DNA of 64,000 nucleotides from Fervidobacterium sp. (lineage in GTDB: Bacteria; Thermotogota; Thermotogae; Thermotogales; Fervidobacteriaceae): the NCBI GenBank assembly GCA_049970055.1, contig JBMFNR010000002.1:404406-468405 (forward strand). Direction: 5' to 3'. Both the position numbers and the translations under genes were made by a program. Positions 21,025-30,447 of this stretch are shown here, piece after piece (within the stretch, counting starts at the first letter, position 1; each line of letters opens with the position of its first letter). The notes under the pieces were generated by a model. The model ran no database searches. It saw only the letters and a list, made by a program, of their open reading frames with translations, and was not told where the DNA came from.

Positions 21025-22319
21025 TCGATAGTGTCTTGGTACGACATCTTTTCTTTTATTCCCTGTCTTAAGAATTTGTTTATTTCATCGATTAACTCAA
21101 TTGATTTATCAATTTTTGGATTTGCACCTTTTTTGTAAGCTCCAACATCGATTAAATCTTTCGCATCGTTGTATGTAGCCAATATGTCTCTTATCATCCT
21201 TGCAGCTTGTAAGTGCTCAGGCTTAGCTATGTCCACCATTAGCCTGCTTATACTCATGAGTACATCAATAGCAGGGAAATGATTTGATTCGGCAAGTTTT
21301 CTTGATAAGATTATGTGACCATCAACAATACCACGTACCGTATCTGAAATTGGTTCATTAAAATCATCCGCTTCAACAAGCACTGTGTAAATACCTGTTA
21401 TGCTACCTTTGTCAGAGTTACCAGCACGCTCTAAGATTTTTGGTAATTGCGCAAATACACTGGGTGGATATCCTCTCGTTGTTGGTGGTTCGCCTATTGC
21501 AAGTCCAACTTCTCTCTGCGCCATCGCCCACCTTGTTAATGAATCAACCATGAGCATTACGGCGTACCCTTTGTCTCTAAAATACTCCGCGATAGTCGTT
21601 GCCGTGAGAAGTGCTTTGATCCGAAGTAACGCTGGTTGGTCTGAAGTTGAGACAACAACAATTGAACGCTTAAGTCCTTCTTCTCCCAGATCTTTTTCAA
21701 TAAATTCCCTAACTTCTCTTCCACGTTCACCAATAAGTGCTATCACGTTTATATCAGCAGTCGTGTTTCGAGCGATCATACCAAGCAACGTGCTTTTCCC
21801 AACGCCACTTCCAGCAAATATTCCTATTCGCTGCCCCTTACCAAGTGTTAGAAAACCATCAATTGCCCTGACACCAACTGGTAATGGTTCTAGAATTCGC
21901 CTTCTAATCAAAGGATTTGGCGCATTGTTTACTATTTGTCTGGATTCTTTAAGTATTAATCTTTTGCCATCGATTGGCCGACCAAGCGCGTCAATTACCC
22001 GACTTTTTAACTCCTCACCAACAGGTACACTAACCGTTCGCCCGGTTTTTAAAACTTCGCATCCCTTTTTAAGTCCCGTTATATCTTCAAGGGGCATTAA
22101 AATGGTAAATTCATCCCGAAAGCCTACGACTTCAGCAAGCACTTTTTTACTTCCAACTAGTATTTTGCACAGTTCACCAAGTGCGGCGTCAGGTCCCTTC
22201 GATTCTATGGTTAAGCCTATTATCTTTTGCACTTCTCCTGTGTAATCATATGGATTTATCTTCTTTATCTTATCTTCGATAATTTCTAAAGTTTTTAGAT
22301 ATTCGTGGATTTTTGTCAT
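20994..22319 (-). CDS. fliI: Flagellar export ATPase
   Basis: GIFAGSGVGKS Walker A, IGERGREV, DSLTRWAMAQRE, GSITG, DGHIILSR. Confidence 0.93.
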   Translation of the reverse strand: MTKIHEYLKTLEIIEDKIKKINPYDYTGEVQKIIGLTIESKGPDAALGELCKILVGSKKVLAEVVGFRDEFTILMPLEDITGLKKGCEVLKTGRTVSVPVGEELKSRVIDALGRPIDGKRLILKESRQIVNNAPNPLIRRRILEPLPVGVRAIDGFLTLGKGQRIGIFAGSGVGKSTLLGMIARNTTADINVIALIGERGREVREFIEKDLGEEGLKRSIVVVSTSDQPALLRIKALLTATTIAEYFRDKGYAVMLMVDSLTRWAMAQREVGLAIGEPPTTRGYPPSVFAQLPKILERAGNSDKGSITGIYTVLVEADDFNEPISDTVRGIVDGHIILSRKLAESNHFPAIDVLMSISRLMVDIAKPEHLQAARMIRDILATYNDAKDLIDVGAYKKGANPKIDKSIELIDEINKFLRQGIKEKMSYQDTIDYLISIAKKI

Positions 22320-22329
22320 ACCCATCTCC

Positions 22330-23028
22330 CTACGATTCTTCTTTGAAAACTTCTTCGAATATTTCATCTAGTAAGTTAAACTGGAATTTCAATGTTGTAT
22401 CGATACTTCCGAAATCTGTTTCCGCGATGACTCCGTATTGTACATCTTTGTTCGGTAATATTTCGTAACCTCTTGACTTTATTTCTCTCAATGTTTGTTC
22501 ATCGATGTGTGCTATGTCTTGAGGGTTTATATGTAGTTTTACCTTTGTTGCCCCGACAACGTGCGAAAGGACTTTTTCAAGCTTTCTTTTAGTTACTTCC
22601 GGATCTATCTGCTTTTCGAGAAATTTTTCAACCAGTATCTTTGATATACTTGTCATTTTTTCTGCGTACATAGACAGAAGTAAATTGAGATTTTCATCAA
22701 ATGATTTGATGATATCTAGTATTTTTCCATTCATGTTCTCTTTTAATCGTTGAACTTCCAAGTTAGTTTTTTCTATTATTTGTTGAGCTTGTTCGGTTGC
22801 CTGGTTTATGATCTGGTTGTATTCTTGCTGCGCTTGTAAAACTATTTCATCTGCGCGAGCTTTCGCATCAAACACCATTTGTTCTGCTTGTTTATTAGCT
22901 TGTGCGATAAGCTCAAGCAGTTGTTTTTGCCTTTCATTTTCAATTTCTGTTTCTTCGATTTGTGTTTCATTCTTCAATTCGATCTTCAGAGGAGCATCAA
23001 GATACACAAAGCGCTTCCGAATAAGCAT
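22330..23028 (-). CDS. fliH: Flagellar assembly protein FliH
   Basis: Coiled-coil AxxxA repeats, LHINPQD, GVIAETDFGSID; directly upstream of fliI. Confidence 0.8.
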   Translation of the reverse strand: MLIRKRFVYLDAPLKIELKNETQIEETEIENERQKQLLELIAQANKQAEQMVFDAKARADEIVLQAQQEYNQIINQATEQAQQIIEKTNLEVQRLKENMNGKILDIIKSFDENLNLLLSMYAEKMTSISKILVEKFLEKQIDPEVTKRKLEKVLSHVVGATKVKLHINPQDIAHIDEQTLREIKSRGYEILPNKDVQYGVIAETDFGSIDTTLKFQFNLLDEIFEEVFKEES

Positions 23029-23114
23029 TAAAGATCACTCCGGGTTTTTGTTTTCATTATCCATTATACCACATAAACTGGATACGACGAGCTTTTATCA
23101 TGCTGTAGTATTTT

Positions 23115-23145
23115 AAAAAGTGCTGGGGTTGCCCAGCACTTTTTT
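23115..23145 (-). terminator. Rho-independent terminator after ackA
   Basis: AAAAAGTGCTGGG-gttg-CCCAGCACTTTTT. Confidence 0.8.
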
Positions 23146-23152
23146 ACCTTGC

Positions 23153-24373
23153 TTAGTATTCGAGTTGTTTGATGCCCTTTTCAACAATTTCTTTTGTATC
23201 TCTCGCTATCATAAGTTCTTCATTTGTTGGGACAAGGAGAACTTTAACTTTTGAGTCAGGTGTGGAGATAATTCTTTCTTCTCCTTTTATGTTATTTTTC
23301 TCATCATCAATCTTGATACCAAGGAATGAAAGGTAGTTTTCACATACTTCCTTTCTTGTAACTGGCGAATTTTCACCAACTCCTGCAGTAAAGGCTATGG
23401 CGTCAACACCATTCATCGCGGCAACGTATGCTCCTATGTATTTGGCTATCCTGTACTCATAGATATCAAGTGCAAGCCTACAGACAGGATCACCTTCAAG
23501 TGCTTTATCTTCAATATCTCTCATATCAGAACTGAAACCGTCGGTAAGACCAAGTACACCGCTCTTCTTGTTTAGTATGGTGTAAACTTCCTCAGCAGTT
23601 AGGCCTTCTCTTTCCATAAGGAAAGTGACTATCGATGGGTCAATATCTCCTGAACGTGTACCCATAACAAGACCTTCAAGTGGTGTGAACCCCATCGAAG
23701 TGTCGATGCTATGGCCGTTCATAACGGCAGCGATCGATGCACCGTTACCTAGGTGTACTGTGATTATTTTCGCTTTATTGTAGTCAAGGCCAAGGATCTC
23801 TGCTGTACGCTTTGAGACGTATCTATGACTTGTTCCGTGGAAACCGTACCTTCTGATTTTGTACTTTTTGTAGTATTCGTACGGTATGGCGTATAGGTAA
23901 GCTTTTGCCGGCATTTTTGAGTGAAATGCTGTGTCGAAGACAGCTACATTAGGTACTCCGGGAAGAAGTTTCATCATAGCTCTTATACCCATTATGTTTG
24001 GTGGGTTGTGAAGTGGGGCAAGGTATGAATACTCCTCAAGCGCTCTCATGACCTCTTCATCGATGAGAACGGAACCTGAAAATTTTTCACCACCGTGGAC
24101 AACTCTGTGTCCAACGGCATCTATCTCTTTTAAATCTTTTACTCCACCCACTTTGTCATCTACTACGAGTTCAAGTACGTATTTGAGGGCCTCTTCGTGA
24201 TCTTTCATAGGTTTCTCAACAACAACCTTTTGATCGTCTTTTTTATGGACAATCCTGCTACCTGGGATTCCTATTCTTTCTGCAATCCCTTTACAAAGGA
24301 CTTGTTCCGTGTCCATATCAAGAAACTGATACTTAATCGAGGAGCTTCCACAGTTTACAACCAATACTCGCAC
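23153..24373 (-). CDS. ackA: Acetate kinase
   Basis: [40 protein letters not shown]. Confidence 0.97.
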   Translation of the reverse strand: MRVLVVNCGSSSIKYQFLDMDTEQVLCKGIAERIGIPGSRIVHKKDDQKVVVEKPMKDHEEALKYVLELVVDDKVGGVKDLKEIDAVGHRVVHGGEKFSGSVLIDEEVMRALEEYSYLAPLHNPPNIMGIRAMMKLLPGVPNVAVFDTAFHSKMPAKAYLYAIPYEYYKKYKIRRYGFHGTSHRYVSKRTAEILGLDYNKAKIITVHLGNGASIAAVMNGHSIDTSMGFTPLEGLVMGTRSGDIDPSIVTFLMEREGLTAEEVYTILNKKSGVLGLTDGFSSDMRDIEDKALEGDPVCRLALDIYEYRIAKYIGAYVAAMNGVDAIAFTAGVGENSPVTRKEVCENYLSFLGIKIDDEKNNIKGEERIISTPDSKVKVLLVPTNEELMIARDTKEIVEKGIKQLEY

Positions 24374-24400
24374 ACGTATCCCTCCTAAGCTTTGGGCTTT

Positions 24401-25336
24401 TTAGGCTTTGCCAGCACATCCAAGAAATTCAAGTCTGTTCATAACGACTTCTTTAACTAATTTTTTCCCAGCACCAAGGTAATGTCTTGGGTCGAATTCT
24501 TTTGGATTTTCTTTTAAAAACTTCCTTAAACCTGCTATGAAGGCTATTCTCAAATCTGTGTCTGTATTAACTTTGTTTATACCAAGTTCCACACACTTTT
24601 TCAATTCCTCTTCTGGGACACCTTTTGCACCACCGAGGTCTGCTCCATATTCTTCTGCCAGTTTCACGTATTCAGGTAGTACGCTCGACGCACCATGAAG
24701 TACTAGAGGAATCTCGGTAAGTTCTTTAACTTTCTTGAGTCTTTCAAAGTCAAGCTTAGCTTCACCTTTAAATTTGAATGCACCGTGACTTGTTCCAATG
24801 GCCGGTGCTAAGAAATCAACTCCAGTTTCCTCGACGAATATCTTTGCTTGTTCAGGATCAACGAGAACATTTTCTGCCGCTGAGACATTGTCCTCTATGC
24901 CTGCAAGCTGGCCAAGTTCAGCTTCAACAGAAACTCCAGCTGCGTGTGCGATTTTTACTATTTCTTTTGTTTTTTTCATATTTTCTTCGAATGGTTCTTC
25001 AGACGCATCGATCATAACTGAAGAATATCCAGCTTTTATCGCTGCTATTATATACTCGAAGTGCTTACCGTGGTCAAGGTGCAAAGCAATTGGTATATCA
25101 ACACTATCAGCAAATAACTTTACCAGTTCAACGAAATATCTTGCTCCCTTAAATATATCACCGTTTCCTGCATACTTTATTGCTCCCTCGCTTGTTTCAA
25201 TGATTAACGGGGCTCTTTTTTCAACTGCACCATCTAAGATTGCATGAAAAAATTCCATGTTGTTAATGTTGAAAGCAGGTACCGCATAATAACCCTTGCT
25301 TGCCTTTTCAAGAATCTCTTTTGTGTTGACGTACAT
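24401..25336 (-). CDS. fba: Class II fructose-1,6-bisphosphate aldolase
   Basis: PAFNINN, LHLDHG, SVMIDAS, VEAELG, IGTSHG, LVLHGASS, KVNTDTD. Confidence 0.95.
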   Translation of the reverse strand: MYVNTKEILEKASKGYYAVPAFNINNMEFFHAILDGAVEKRAPLIIETSEGAIKYAGNGDIFKGARYFVELVKLFADSVDIPIALHLDHGKHFEYIIAAIKAGYSSVMIDASEEPFEENMKKTKEIVKIAHAAGVSVEAELGQLAGIEDNVSAAENVLVDPEQAKIFVEETGVDFLAPAIGTSHGAFKFKGEAKLDFERLKKVKELTEIPLVLHGASSVLPEYVKLAEEYGADLGGAKGVPEEELKKCVELGINKVNTDTDLRIAFIAGLRKFLKENPKEFDPRHYLGAGKKLVKEVVMNRLEFLGCAGKA

Positions 25337-25421
25337 AAAATCATCCTCCTTTTAAATATGTTAGATAACTGATTTTTTTACACAAATTGTACATAACGAT
25401 TATACCACATTTTCTCTGAAT

Positions 25422-25453
25422 AAAAAACACCTGCCACAAAATGGGCAGGTGTT
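25422..25453 (-). terminator. Rho-independent terminator after thiI
   Basis: Plus-strand stem AACACCTGCC ... GGCAGGTGTT, with a T-tract on the minus strand. Confidence 0.7.
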
Positions 25454-25454
25454 A

Positions 25455-26624
25455 TTATTCGTTCTCTATTTTGTAAATTTCTCTCCTTTTAAATGCTTCA
25501 TATTCAAGATCATGCAGTTTTTCAAGCTTCTGTTCGATCTTTCTAATCTCGTTTATATCAGATTTTGTGGTCGGCTTTTTTGGTGCGAATGCAACACAAC
25601 TATCTATGTATGGTTGGATCGATATCTCGAAAGTGCCAATTTCCTTAGCTTTTTGAGTTGTTTCAGTTTTATCAAACCCTATAAGAGGTCTAAGTACAAT
25701 CAATGAACTTGCATCTTCTATAGCGGCCATGTTTGTCAATGTTTGACTTGCTACTTGCCCAAGATTTTCACCAGTAATAAGTGCTTTGGCTTTAACACGC
25801 CGTGCGATGAGACTTGCAATTCTTATCATGGACCTTCTTTGCAAAATCAAAGAATACTCGTCTGGAGCATTTTCTTTTATATACATCTGTACATCTGTCA
25901 GAGGTACTATCCACATACGTAATCCATTAGGTAAATATCTTGAAAGTACACTTCCAAGAGACAGTATCTTTTCAACGGACTTTTCAGTAGTCATTGGAGG
26001 ACTTAAGAATGTCAATGTTTGTAATTCAAGCCCCCTCCTCATGGCATACCAACCAGCAACAGGGCTATCTATTCCACCACTTAATAACAACAACGCTCTT
26101 CCAGAAACCCCTACTGGAAGTCCACCAAAGAGTTTAGTTTTTCCAGAAAAAACGAATATTTCCTTTTCTCTCACATCAATACCTATCTCGAACTCAGGCT
26201 TGTGTACGTCTACTTTTAGGCCTTCGATATTCTCGTATATGTATCCACCAATCTCCCTATTTATTTCTAGACTGTTCATCGGAAAAGCTTTGTATCCTCT
26301 TTTAGCTGAAACTTTGAATGTTTTAAGGCCCTTGCTAAATTCCTGCTTTGCAAGTTCTATGGCGATTTTCTTAACTTTTTCAACATCATGTTCTAACGCA
26401 TAGCCAAGACTGTAATTTTGTATTCCCATAACGTACTTTAGTCTCTCTTCGAGCACTTGAGGATCATTTCTCCCAATTCTTACAATAATCCTTCCATACC
26501 TTTTATTGACAGCACTAGGCCGCACAATCTTCAATATGTTGTCTATTAATTTCTTCTCAAAAAATTCTCTATTTTTACCTTTTAGACCTATCTCCGCGTA
26601 TCTAATTACAAAGACCTTTTCCAT
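25455..26624 (-). CDS. thiI: tRNA 4-thiouridine(8) synthase
   Basis: IRYAEIGLKGKNR, THUMP domain, PP-loop LLSGGIDSPVA, TGENLGQVASQT, LRPLIG. Confidence 0.93.
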   Translation of the reverse strand: MEKVFVIRYAEIGLKGKNREFFEKKLIDNILKIVRPSAVNKRYGRIIVRIGRNDPQVLEERLKYVMGIQNYSLGYALEHDVEKVKKIAIELAKQEFSKGLKTFKVSAKRGYKAFPMNSLEINREIGGYIYENIEGLKVDVHKPEFEIGIDVREKEIFVFSGKTKLFGGLPVGVSGRALLLLSGGIDSPVAGWYAMRRGLELQTLTFLSPPMTTEKSVEKILSLGSVLSRYLPNGLRMWIVPLTDVQMYIKENAPDEYSLILQRRSMIRIASLIARRVKAKALITGENLGQVASQTLTNMAAIEDASSLIVLRPLIGFDKTETTQKAKEIGTFEISIQPYIDSCVAFAPKKPTTKSDINEIRKIEQKLEKLHDLEYEAFKRREIYKIENE

Positions 26625-26889
26625 CTCCACTCCTCCCTTTGGTGAAATAATTATATCACCTATCATTTGTTGTGTACAGATATTGTTGGCAAATACATCA
26701 GAGCTTGCGTGATAAGGTAGGAAACTACTCTGAAAGCGGTCTCATCAAGGTCGGCAAAGTGGATGTAAATAAAACAATAGAAAAAGGAGAAAAAACACAA
26801 CAGGAATGTTAAACTTAAACACTCTTCTTCAAAAGATCCATGGTTATCTTCTATAAGGAATGACAAATGAAAGCACGGTTACTTATCAA

Positions 26890-27432
26890 TTATTTTCTTT
26901 CATATAATCCAATGATTTCACAGCTATCTATGATGTGTCCTTTTATAGCTCTTTCAAGATCTACCTTCTTTACTTTTCCTTTCAACTCGATCATAGTGTC
27001 TAAAGCGTAAACTTTGAAGTGGTAGTGATGAATACCATGTCCTTTTGGTGGGCACGGCCCATTGTATCCGATTTTTCCAAAGTCGTTGTAACCTTGCATA
27101 GTACCATCGGGTAATTTTTCTAATTTTTTCAAGCCTTCTGGTATTTTAACATTGTTACCGGACACGGGTACGTTCCATATAACCCAGTGGACAAAGGTTC
27201 CAATAGGTGCATCTGGATCATCGCATATTATCGCAATACTCTTTGCATTTTGTGGGACATTGCTAATTAAAAGTTCAGGGTTTATGTCTTCACCTTCGCA
27301 AGCGTATTTCTTCGGTATGAACTCCCCGTTTTTAAATGCACTCGTAACTAACATACTTTTTCCTCCTTTCGTTGTGGCCAAAGTGAGTAAGATCAAACTT
27401 AAAAACAGCACAATGAGTAGTATTTTCTTCAT
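26890..27432 (-). CDS. YbhB/YbcL (PEBP/RKIP-like) protein with signal peptide
   Basis: DDPDAP, FVHWVIWN, GYNGPCPP, HHYHFKVYALD; alternative start at 27354. Confidence 0.92.
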   Translation of the reverse strand: MKKILLIVLFLSLILLTLATTKGGKSMLVTSAFKNGEFIPKKYACEGEDINPELLISNVPQNAKSIAIICDDPDAPIGTFVHWVIWNVPVSGNNVKIPEGLKKLEKLPDGTMQGYNDFGKIGYNGPCPPKGHGIHHYHFKVYALDTMIELKGKVKKVDLERAIKGHIIDSCEIIGLYERK

Positions 27433-27601
27433 TTTTTCCCTCCTTTCATGTGTTGAAAAGCACTCTCTAAACACAATTATAACTCAATTTTAACAGTTAG
27501 GTTCAAGTGAGTTTCGGAGAATTTTAATATGAGTTACAGTACGATAAGTGGTATAATCGATATTGAAGGTTAAACAAAAATTACACATAGGGGTGAGTGG
27601 T

Positions 27602-28333
27602 GTGGAAAAAGTTGCCGTTGTGAGTGGTGGTGGAAAGAATATAGGTAAGGGTATAGTTTTAGAATTTCTTAGGAATGGTTGGAACGTTGGAATAATCGAT
27701 ATCGATAAAAAGGCTCTTGATGAACTCGATTTTGATAAAAATTTTGAAAATAGAGTTTTAATATACTATGGTGATGTTTCCGACGAATACGCAGTGGCGG
27801 AGTTTTACTTGAAAATAAGGGAAAAATTTGGGAGGCTTGATGCAATTATAAATAACGCAGCAACAAGCTCATTTAAAGATTTTCTGAGCCTAACAGTTAA
27901 CGAATGGAAAAGAGTAATAGATGTAAATTTAACAGGCTACTTTCTAATGACACGGTTTGGAGTGCCTATAATGCTTGAGAATCCTGGAAAAGGTGCAATT
28001 GTAAACATATCCTCCACAAGGGCACTTATGTCAGAACCAGGTAATGAAGCGTATAGTTCGTCTAAGGCAGGTATTTTAGGTTTAACGCATGCACTTGCAA
28101 ATTCGTTAGCACCTAAAGTTCGTGTTAATGCAATCTGCCCTGGTTGGATTTTACACGAAAACGAAGAAATCTCGCAAGAAGAACATTCTCAGCACCTAAC
28201 AGGTAGAGCCGGAACGATACAGGATATATCCAACATCGTTATATTTCTTGTCGACGAGGAGAAAAGTGGGTTTATAACAGGTCAGTGTTTTGTAGTGGAT
28301 GGAGGTATGACCAAGAAAATGATTTACTTATAA
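27602..28333 (+). CDS. Short-chain dehydrogenase/reductase
   Basis: SGGGKNIG, NNAA, YSSSK, VNAICPGWI, VVDGG. Confidence 0.9.
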   Translation: MEKVAVVSGGGKNIGKGIVLEFLRNGWNVGIIDIDKKALDELDFDKNFENRVLIYYGDVSDEYAVAEFYLKIREKFGRLDAIINNAATSSFKDFLSLTVNEWKRVIDVNLTGYFLMTRFGVPIMLENPGKGAIVNISSTRALMSEPGNEAYSSSKAGILGLTHALANSLAPKVRVNAICPGWILHENEEISQEEHSQHLTGRAGTIQDISNIVIFLVDEEKSGFITGQCFVVDGGMTKKMIYL

Positions 28334-28353
28334 AAACGTATGAGGTGATGTAG

Positions 28354-30447
28354 ATGTTAGAAGTTTTGGTCACTTTTATTGATAGGTTTAAGTATACGAT
28401 CATAGGTACCCTGCTTTTAGTATTGTCGATAGTGATAATTTCATCACATGCAAAGATTGAGACGAAGATAGAAGTATTCTTGCCAGGTTATAAACCTGGA
28501 AAGCCTATCACTGAGATAGATGATCCATCTGTTCAAAACCTTGTTCGCATGTCCTTAAAATTCGGCGACAAAAGCAGTGTAACAGTTATCTACCATTCAG
28601 AAAAATCGTTGGATAATCAAGGTGCATTGTCTGCGATGAGAAAACTTCAAGATAAGTTAGAAAAGATGCAGTATGTAAAGTCGATTATATCGGTATTAAA
28701 TTACCCAGATAGTGAAGCGTATATATCAGGTGATGCATTGGATATCAAAAATTTACCTGAAAATATGAAGCACTTTGTTTCGAAAGATGGTAAATATGCT
28801 ATGTTCATTGTTGTTGTTGAAATTAATGGTGCGGTTGAGCCCATTGTTAGGAAAATTACAAATGAGCTGAAAGGTGAGCCTGTGATCGTACTTTCAGAAG
28901 CATCGGTAAACAACAAGCTCTTTGATGAATTAAAACGCTCGATGTTTTTTTACCCTGTAATCATGTTTGTGGTTATCCTTCTCATTTTCTCTTACCAAAC
29001 TCAGTCGCTGCGTGCAGCAGTTATTTCTTTACTAATACCCATTTTGGCAGCCATTTATACATACGCACTATATTTTTTCTTTGGTGGTGTTGTAAATGTT
29101 TTAACCGCGATGGTTATGTCCTTTTTAATAATCATAGGTTCAGCTTACCCTCTACACTTTTACAATGCTACTTTTAGAACAGAGAATGCAAGGAAGCATA
29201 TTTCTGCACCCATATTTTTGTCCATGTTGACAACAGTAATCGGATTTTTATCGTTTTTATTTGTTAAAATTCCAGCTTTCCGTGAGTTTGGAATATTAGT
29301 TTCTGTTGGATTATTGATAGATTTTCTCCTCACTCTTACAATTGGTCACGAAATGATGGCGTTTTCAAAAAGCAAAACAAAAGTATCTCCTAAGACCTTT
29401 GGAATTAGGTATTTTGGTAATAAGGTTGCATCGACGATACTGATTATAGTGATTATTGCAGTAATTACTGCTCCGTTTCTCATTTCAAAAATAAAGGTTG
29501 GACTTACGAATACGGATTATTTCTCGAAAAATTCAGAAATAGTCAAAGGATACAATATTTTAGAGACCCAATTCGGTATAAGGGATAGTATATACGTTGT
29601 ACTTGAAAAAAAGGTTGGGGTATTCTTGCCGGGGGATAATAAAAATATTAATGAAATTATTGCTGAGCTTTCTAAGTCTAGTTATATAGCTAATGTTGAC
29701 TTTCCAAAAAACATTCCGATTACAGCTCTTGTTTTCACACTTAGAAACCAACCGCTTTTAAAACATTACATAGCAGATGGTAGAACCGTAAGATTAACGG
29801 TAAACTTAACAAAGGAAGGCAATGAAAATCTCGACAAAGTTAGTGCGTTGATAAATGAAGTAGTAGGCAAATACAATTACGATTTTTACATTGCCGGTTC
29901 ACCATTTGTTTGGAAAGCTGTTAATGACAGTATTTTGATAAGTCAAATTCAAAGTCTTGTAGCAGCTCTTGTTATCGTATTTATAACGATTCTCATCGTA
30001 TTCAAAAATTTCGGTGAAGCTATTAAACTTATGTCACCAGTTTTATTTGCGACGATCTTAAATTTTGTTTATATGGCACTTTTTAAAATGAAACTTGAAA
30101 TTTCGACAGCACTCACTTCAAGTATAATAATAGGCTTGGCTATTGACTATTCTATTCACGTAGGGCATGATTATAACAGAACAAAGAATATTATTACTTC
30201 CGTCCGTAACGTAGGACCAGCTATTTTAGGAAACGCACTTGGGATCATCGGTGGATTTTTAACATTACTTTTTGGTGGAGAGCTTGCATTATTTAAGAGA
30301 ATATCAGTATTGGTTTCTCTTGGAATAGCAACTGCGACTTTACTTACTCTTACAGTATTACCTTTTATGCTTTCTTACACGGAACTTAGGAAAAAGATAA
30401 AAGCCATTAAAAAAGATAAGAAAAGTAAAGGAGGTAAAAAGCAATGA
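28354..30447 (+). CDS. MMPL/RND-superfamily transporter
   Basis: Two repeats of TM + soluble domain + 5 TM; IGLAIDYSIH; TTVIGFLSF. Confidence 0.8.
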   Translation: MLEVLVTFIDRFKYTIIGTLLLVLSIVIISSHAKIETKIEVFLPGYKPGKPITEIDDPSVQNLVRMSLKFGDKSSVTVIYHSEKSLDNQGALSAMRKLQDKLEKMQYVKSIISVLNYPDSEAYISGDALDIKNLPENMKHFVSKDGKYAMFIVVVEINGAVEPIVRKITNELKGEPVIVLSEASVNNKLFDELKRSMFFYPVIMFVVILLIFSYQTQSLRAAVISLLIPILAAIYTYALYFFFGGVVNVLTAMVMSFLIIIGSAYPLHFYNATFRTENARKHISAPIFLSMLTTVIGFLSFLFVKIPAFREFGILVSVGLLIDFLLTLTIGHEMMAFSKSKTKVSPKTFGIRYFGNKVASTILIIVIIAVITAPFLISKIKVGLTNTDYFSKNSEIVKGYNILETQFGIRDSIYVVLEKKVGVFLPGDNKNINEIIAELSKSSYIANVDFPKNIPITALVFTLRNQPLLKHYIADGRTVRLTVNLTKEGNENLDKVSALINEVVGKYNYDFYIAGSPFVWKAVNDSILISQIQSLVAALVIVFITILIVFKNFGEAIKLMSPVLFATILNFVYMALFKMKLEISTALTSSIIIGLAIDYSIHVGHDYNRTKNIITSVRNVGPAILGNALGIIGGFLTLLFGGELALFKRISVLVSLGIATATLLTLTVLPFMLSYTELRKKIKAIKKDKKSKGGKKQ

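Noticed and set aside
21400..22245. 281-aa ORF on the plus strand
   Set aside because: Antisense shadow of fliI; Ser/Pro/Ile-rich, no motifs or SD
25786..26403. 205-aa plus-strand ORF
   Set aside because: Antisense shadow of thiI
26700..26760. Hammerhead ribozyme or known riboswitch
   Set aside because: The CUGANGA core is not matched on either strand (GTGATAA; TTGATGA lacks a following GAAA); no TPP, SAM or c-di-GMP consensus
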